A DNA stretch of 59,851 bases, counting the filler, from Sluysia triapertura (taxonomy: Eukaryota): NCBI GenBank assembly GCA_046118255.1. It is 4 parts of 4 records of this genome, joined end to end, with 100 filler letters (N's around TTAATTAATTAA, not from the genome) between each part and the next. Parts side by side here need not be neighbours in the genome. Positions count along the whole stretch, not along the records: positions 46,367 to 59,851 come from JBJNIA010037703.1; 3 more parts are not named here. One strand, given 5' to 3'. Under the pieces are notes generated by a model. It had not been told where the DNA came from and did not search any database. It saw nothing but the letters and a program-made list of their open reading frames with translations. The translations under genes and the position numbers were made by a program. Of the stretch, positions 53,001 through 59,851 are shown piece after piece (position 1 is the first letter of the stretch; each line of letters begins with the position of its first letter).

Positions 53001-53132
53001 ACAGGCCTAAAGCTCCATAGAATAATGATAGTGTAATTGACTATAATAAAACAAAATTATTAAACGGGGTTGATAGCTTAGTGGATAGAACATTGAACTG
53101 CGCAGCGAGAAGGCCCGGTCAGTTCATTTTAT
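53001..53132 (+). repeat. Second copy of the tRNA-like cassette with upstream flank, T-loop deleted
   Basis: AGGCCTAA..ATTGACTATAATAAAA..ACGGGGTTGATAGCTTAGTGGATAGAACATTGAACTGCGCAGCGAGAAGGCCCGGTCAGT aligns with 27861-27986. It sits between two (AAT)n tracts with no TIRs. Confidence 0.75.
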
Positions 53133-54649
53133 GAAGTCTAATAATAATAATAATAATAAATCGTGAGTTATAATGTTTTATTAAAGTTAAGGTTTAATAA
53201 TGTTATTAAATGAAAAAAACTGTTTAAAATTATTCAAGAATTTTATAAATTTGCTATTTAAAAAGTTGATGTTTAGTAATGGAGATAAGGGAATCGATGT
53301 GATGCTATGTAATTGTATGTGTGGAGTAAGTTTTGATATGTGTTCCAGATGAGGTTTTGTGTACATGTGATGTAGGTGATATAATATAATCGTAATTAAA
53401 AGGTTGCATCACCATAAAACCCTTCAATTTATATCCTCGATTAAAAAGGATTTGTAAAATTGGCGCATAAACATTTAATTATTTGGGGTTTTTTAATAAA
53501 ATCAAACAATAATTCCAGTAAATAGAAAATATATCTATTAATAAACAAATTTGTTAATAATATAAAATTTTATTCTAACAATAATGAGAATATTTTATAT
53601 TTAAAGTTTAACTTTAAAGGTTGCTTATAATAATTTTAGTTTAGAAATTGACTTTTTAAAATGTCATTAAAATGTTGGAAGATTTTACATGGTGATTTTG
53701 GTCTAATCAAAAGACAAGACTTATGAGAATAAATATTAATTGAATTGATTATATTTATCCGTTTGATTTTGTCGATTATTTCGTTATTGCCTCAAAAATA
53801 TGTCGAATAAAAATTGAGTTTTTAAATTCGAAAGATACATTAACTGAAAATAATAATCGTTTTAAGCAAAATAACTTTTATAATTTGAGATTTCATTTGG
53901 CAGACAAAATAATTGTAAATTCTTGTTAGATAATTAATGAATGGTTTTTTAAACTCGTTAGACAAAGTATTGACCTCAATAGTCATTCAAAATTTCTGTC
54001 CTAAACTGCGCATTACAACGCTATTTGTACACTATTTAATATGACTTCATAATATCAAACAAATGAATTATCAATAAGTACATAAGCACTCTTTATTTTG
54101 TTATTCTGTATTCTAGGCTATAAAGCCTTATTTTAAGATAATAATTATATTTTGTTATTTTTTTGTATTAAAATTATTATTATTATAATGTATTTTATTA
54201 TATTATTTCTATTATTTGTTTACTTATTATTATTATCATCATTTTCGATGTTGGCTTTATTAGGTTTAATTGTAGATTTCATCCTGACAATAGTATTATT
54301 TATTGTTTTAACTTTTTTTTTGGTAATTTACAAATTCTATTTGAAATCATGTTTTTTGATACGAGTACTGCAGCTTTTATGGTGTCATCTCAAAAAACAA
54401 ACCTTTATTGATTATTCTTGTAATTTCGCATATAGTTCAACAATAAACTATGCTATATGAGTATCAAAAACCACTCGATTACACAATTGATTAATTTTCA
54501 AATCATAAGTTTAATTTATAGTTTTTTGTCTTGTTAAAAGCAAGACTGAAATTCTTTACTTAAAATCAACATTTTTGTAGCTTAATGCCACGAACAAAAT
54601 CACTATTTGATAGTAAAATACACAATTTGATTTTAAGTTTACTTAATAA

Positions 54650-54707
<58 letters not shown>

Positions 54708-55414
54708 TATTAATAATTAATTATTATTAATTATTTTTATTGTATTAATCTTTGATTTTATGTTTATCGACAGGATTTTTGTTTATTATAATTATTTATT
54801 AATTTTAGAATAAATAAAAGTTTTGTCAGAAGTTTTTTCTTTACTGCTATTGTTAATAAATGTTTAGAATAATTTGAAGAGGTTGCTCTTCAATACATTA
54901 TTTCAACAAAATGTATAAAAGTCGTAAGTTTGAAATCCCCGGTTTTAAGTTATTAATCCGGTTTAGTCGTAAAGGCGAGAATATACTTTGACAGAAAATA
55001 AAGTTCTTATAAGTAGACTATAATTCGTAAAGCAGGCAACATAATAACTGAAGTGTAAAATTTGTCGAAATAAATCATACAATGGTGCTTCTAATGAAAT
55101 AACAACATTTTTGTGGGCGATCCCGAAAAATAAAGAATTCACATGTTGCCCAAGTTTTTCAGATAAGGTTAAGTAAAACACTATTTTATTTTATTTTATT
55201 TTAATAAATAAATGCTATTTTATTTATTAACTCAGAATCAGCTAAAAATGAGTAATTTCCATCTTGTGATTTAAATAATGTTATCCAACTTATATCAGAC
55301 AGGATAACTAGTTGACTTGATTTAACGTATCTTAATTTATGGTAGTTTTTCAAAATTCTTCAAAAATATCAGCCAATAGAAATGCCTAAATTTAAATGTA
55401 CCATCATATTATTC

Positions 55415-55469
<55 letters not shown>

Positions 55470-55739
55470 TTATTCTTGCCGCATTTTAAAGCCTTATAAG
55501 TGTCGTTACTTATTATTTTAGCAGTAATGTTTACTATTTTGTAGCGTAGAGAGTCAGATAACCTTTAATATGATTATATTATTAAGAAATACTTAATTTG
55601 TTAATGGTAGTAAAGACAGTCTACTGAAATTGAAAACTGATTAAATTTAATTGTTATAGTTAAATAATGCTTTTATAATTTTTTCTGAATTTTATAGGAT
55701 GAATGCCATTTCCCAATAAATATTTAAAAAATTCACATA

Positions 55740-56210
55740 AATTCTGAAAAAGTACAGGCAATTTTGGTCACATTCTTTTGTTTGAATTATATTTATTACA
55801 TATATAACTAATATCTGCCACTAAAGTGATCAAGATATCTAACAATATTAATTTTTGATTTTATATTCAAGTAATAAATTTTTGAATTGCTACACTGAAC
55901 TTGTTTAAAATCGGTTAAATTCTTATCTTAATAGTATAATATCACTAAACTTTATGCAAGTTCTTTAATTTTATTTAAAAAGTTTATCACCAGCAAACGA
56001 AAGTATTCACTTTTGGTCTGATTAATAATAATTTTTATGAAGGATCAATGAAGATTTAATGTCTACAAATAACAAATGTTTGAGATACTGATTTAGTATA
56101 GTCATGAAATTCACTTTTTTGTTGATTGATAGTGTAAGTCTTTCAAGATATTTGTTGAATAGCTTAATGTAATCATTAAAAAATTGTTCTAAATCCTCGA
56201 ACACAATTCG
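55740..56210 (-). pseudogene. Unknown ORF family A, degraded copy
   Basis: ORF 56022-56204 plus downstream KSEYFRLLVINFLNK..TDFKQVQCSNSK..LLDILITLVADI. Confidence 0.45.
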
Positions 56211-58013
56211 TACAACTTATTCTTAAAAGTTCTTGATTAAGAATTAAATTTATTTAAACCTTTTATTGCAGTGTAATGAAAATTATTGTCTTCCTCTGAT
56301 AATAATAAATTAATATTTATTTCGTTTGCACTTTTACTTCCGCATAATGACAATTATTATTATTATTAATAATACATAGATTTATTTTTAAATTATTTTT
56401 TACACAAATTTCGTTATGCTATAATAGTCTTGGCAAATTGAAAGACGGCAACTTAATTCATCTAAGTATTTTGTGTAAGGACTGACAATATATCTGTGAT
56501 TATTAACTTCATTGTGAATATAAAAAACACAAATTATCAAAATTTCTAACATTAATGACACAAAGTGTAAATCTGAAAATTTGGTTAAAATAAAATATAT
56601 TTCTCAAATTTGGCTAAATTATCCATTGCTTTACTCTGTACAAACTTCAGTTTTTTCATTTATATATTCTGCAACAAAATTTAATAAAGTATTATCGAAT
56701 TTCTTAGTTGGTTTTTTTACATACCACTCTTTAATTTTTCTACCTTTAGAAAACTTAACCCTAATTCCTTAATTATTTATTTTTAATTTTATTTAATTTA
56801 CTTTAAGCATAACTTAAAAGTATAAGAATAGTATAACTTTATAGAAAAAACTGCAAAGTGTGCTGGAAACTCAATGCTACCTACTTAAACCATTTGTATG
56901 AACAATCCTACTGCTATGGGACGATTTTTCATTCATAAAAAATTTTATAAATGTTAGATATCTGACTATTTTTTACCTCATGCACTACTTACTAAATTTT
57001 TTTCATCATTATTATCGTTAGCATCTATATTGTTGATAATCTTATATTTAAAAACGTTAAAAATAAATTTAAATTACGAAGTTTACTTGATTTTTCTTCT
57101 TGGTTTTTTGTTGTATTGTCATCATTTTTAAAAAATCTAAAAATTAAATGAATTTTGAATTTCGAAATGTTTTTTAATTTTTCTGGAAAAATGAAATATG
57201 TGGATTAAATTTGTTTTCAACGAACTCAGTAAAAAGTAAAAGTAAATGTAAATAACAAAACTTAAGTAAAAGATTTGCCCGGAATATGTTTAAATGCTTT
57301 AGTTTATCTAAATAAAAAGTAAAACTGAATAAATAAACTTGACTGAAATGAGTATACTTTGTTATAATCATGAGTTTTTTGATAAAGAAAAAGCAGTAAA
57401 TTACCAAAAAAATACTACCTTATTTTTTTACAATTATGCGCTAATTAATATTTTAAGTAGCATATAATTGATCAAATGAATTTAATTTACAAACACAAAT
57501 AGTATATGTTGCTAAAATTAAAACCCACGATAGTAAAAAAATTAAATATAAAAATCTATTGATACAACACTTAGAAATATTACACAAAATATTTACATGA
57601 TTGTTGTGCCTATGCAAACATAGTGACAACATATTTTAGTTAATATATATTTTAATTAATATTATGATGTAAATACACTTCATAATTTTGGAACTTTTTA
57701 AAAATTATTTCGAAGGCTATTTAGTTCTCATTTGGATTACTCTCTTATTAAAAGTGTTGGAACTTTGTATAAAGAAATGTTTTCTCAGAATATTGTACAG
57801 CTTATTGCTTATACTTTTCACACTCTTAAAGATAAGAACATTTTTATAAAATAGCGTAATTTAAGTCATTGTAATTGCCTCTAAATTTTAATCTTCATCT
57901 TTATATGATATATATCTGTGCGCCATTCAATTATCAAACATCTTATGATCAAATTCTAAATGCGCTGGTAAATTATTTAAGACAACTTTTAGAATAATTT
58001 TATATTTTAATTT

Positions 58014-58841
58014 TCATTTTCGAGATAAATGTAGGTATGGCCGGGGTTTAATATAAAAATTGTAATTATTATAAGTATTTATTATTTTTAGATAATTAAA
58101 ATTTAACATTAAACGATTACTAAAATTTGACAAATGAAAATAAAGATTAGTACTATTATATTTATGCCAAAAATTTATATCAACAACAAAATTATATGTA
58201 AGTCTAATCAAGTATAAACGTTCAATTCGAAGAGATCCACACGTTCTGTCAACATCAGAATTAAAATCGAAAATAGCCACATGGCAAACTGTATGAAGGT
58301 CCATATCATGTATCGTGACATCTGATAAGAATTCCAACTGGATTCTGACCGCCAAATAGTTTGTATCATAAAAATTAAAATCAAAATCGCAAGAATAAAA
58401 TTTAAAATCAAAACATAAGTCATAATAGTCAAAATACGCAAAATAACTTATCAAATTTTGAACAACTTTGAAATCATCACAGTAGATTGCAACTGAAACT
58501 TCTGGTGTAACATCATCTCGGTTGATCATAACATCATCCCGGTTGATCGTAACATCATCTCGGTTGATCGTAACATCATCTCGGTTGATAGTAACATCAT
58601 CTCGGTTGATCATAACATCATCTCGGTTGATGGTAACATCATCTCGGTTAATCGTAACATCATCTGGGTTGATCATAACATCATCTCGGTTGATAGTAAC
58701 ATCATCTCGGTTGATCATAACATCATCTACTAAATCATCTATGCCATCTGTATATGTACCATTATCATCTTCATGTTCATCACAATCTTGTATCATCATC
58801 ACTTTCAACTTAAAAACTTTTGCTGAATACAAAGAGATCAA
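58014..58841 (-). CDS. 275-aa unknown protein (family B) with acidic DDVTINR repeats and Phe/Tyr/Asp-rich domain
   Basis: Long ORF whose non-repetitive part (~165 aa) is also open. First ATG at 58799. Degraded relatives occur elsewhere in the window. Confidence 0.6.
   Translation of the reverse strand: MISLYSAKVFKLKVMMIQDCDEHEDDNGTYTDGIDDLVDDVMINRDDVTINRDDVMINPDDVTINRDDVTINRDDVMINRDDVTINRDDVTINRDDVTINRDDVMINRDDVTPEVSVAIYCDDFKVVQNLISYFAYFDYYDLCFDFKFYSCDFDFNFYDTNYLAVRIQLEFLSDVTIHDMDLHTVCHVAIFDFNSDVDRTCGSLRIERLYLIRLTYNFVVDINFWHKYNSTNLYFHLSNFSNRLMLNFNYLKIINTYNNYNFYIKPRPYLHLSRK
58508..58728. repeat. 21-bp tandem repeat, ~10.5 copies (encodes DDV(T/M)INR)
   Basis: Unit TAACATCATCTCGGTTGATC(A/G), near perfect. 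Confidence 0.95.
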
Positions 58842-59851
58842 AAACTTTCAAATTACTTTCAAATTATTTTAAATTCTAACATAAAACTATTTTTAGAATG
58901 CTAAAAATAGTATGATATGATTGACTGCATTAAAACAAAATAATAAAATAATAATGAAATAATAATACTTATAAAACAAACAATAATAATGATAATAAAT
59001 AAAATTAATAATAAATATAAAAAATAATAATAAAAATAATGATAATAAAATTAAAAAATAAAAATTAATAATAATGCTAATAATAATAATGAATAGAAAA
59101 ATGTAGAATTAAAAAATTAAAGGTATGCTTTAAATTACAATTATTTATGACAATTCTTTCGGACATAATTTAATTAAAGTTTTGAATCACTTTTATGTAA
59201 TTAGTCTCATAAATTCCAAAAACTAATTATAAAGTTAAACCAACTTAAATTTTTTATCACTTAAACTTGTTTTATATTGTTTCTTAATTGTGAAATAATT
59301 ACATAAAATTAATTTTGACTTAAAATAATTGAAAAACATTAATTATGCCTTCAATTATTATTTTAATATTCAAATATATAATATAAAAGATGTACATGAT
59401 TGTAAAATCACATTATTACAATTTTTATGTCTACAGACTGCAACATTATCCAAACTGTACAGTATTTAAAAAATATTGTAAGATATTTATTCAGTACATA
59501 CAAACACAAATCAAATAAATCTAACAAATATAATCAATTTTAATTTTAGATATCTTAAAATAAAAATAACATAAATCTTTCAGACAAGAAATTAATGTGT
59601 ATATATTATAACGGACTTGTGTTCTAATAAGAATAAAAGTAAGAATAATAATGACAAAAAGAAGGGTGTAAAGTTTACACAACGTTGGTAAGGTCGGAGA
59701 AAGTGATTACGGCGGATTCAACGTAATAGTAATAACTTATTGTAATTTTATTGTATTATAATTTATTTAAATTAGTGTATATTACATATATTGTATTTTA
59801 ATAAAATTACTGAAAGAAATATTTTATTTTATTTAGATTATTATATGTTGG

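Noticed and set aside
54152-54460. Hydrophobic 102-aa ORF (and similar short Ile/Leu/Phe-rich ORFs)
   Set aside because: Arises from ATT-rich low-complexity DNA with no motif or splice support.
58522-58872. 116-aa plus-strand ORF of IVTSSRL repeats
   Set aside because: Antisense shadow of the 21-bp repeat in the longer minus-strand ORF.

Overview
Very AT-rich eukaryotic (most likely invertebrate animal) genomic scaffold. It has three 100-bp assembly gaps carrying an artificial TTAATTAATTAA spacer, many (ATT)n microsatellites, and spliceosomal GT-AG introns. Few host genes are recognisable: a 4-exon TRAF-like RING/zinc-finger gene (25940-30286, +) and an unassigned minus-strand gene (39817-38404). 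Most of the rest is heavily deleted transposon debris: Gypsy-type LTR pol fragments, a mariner with both TIRs, a Helitron PIF1 helicase end, an L2/CR1 RT fragment, and TTAA-flanked piggyBac-type MITEs, one of which carries a tRNA-like Pol III cassette. The most striking unexplained signal is a dispersed module in about 10 copies: a ~55-nt hairpin bounded by GTGAGT...AG, with compensatory base changes between copies (mirtron-like short intron or LTR-type RNA element). It lies upstream, in the same orientation, of several uncharacterised multi-copy ORF families. A compact virus-like cargo cassette (15.1-18.4 kb) encodes a PPxY membrane protein, a type I glycoprotein, a RING-H2 protein with an Arg-rich tail and an unknown protein. 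All homology calls were made by eye, and the boundaries of degraded elements are approximate.
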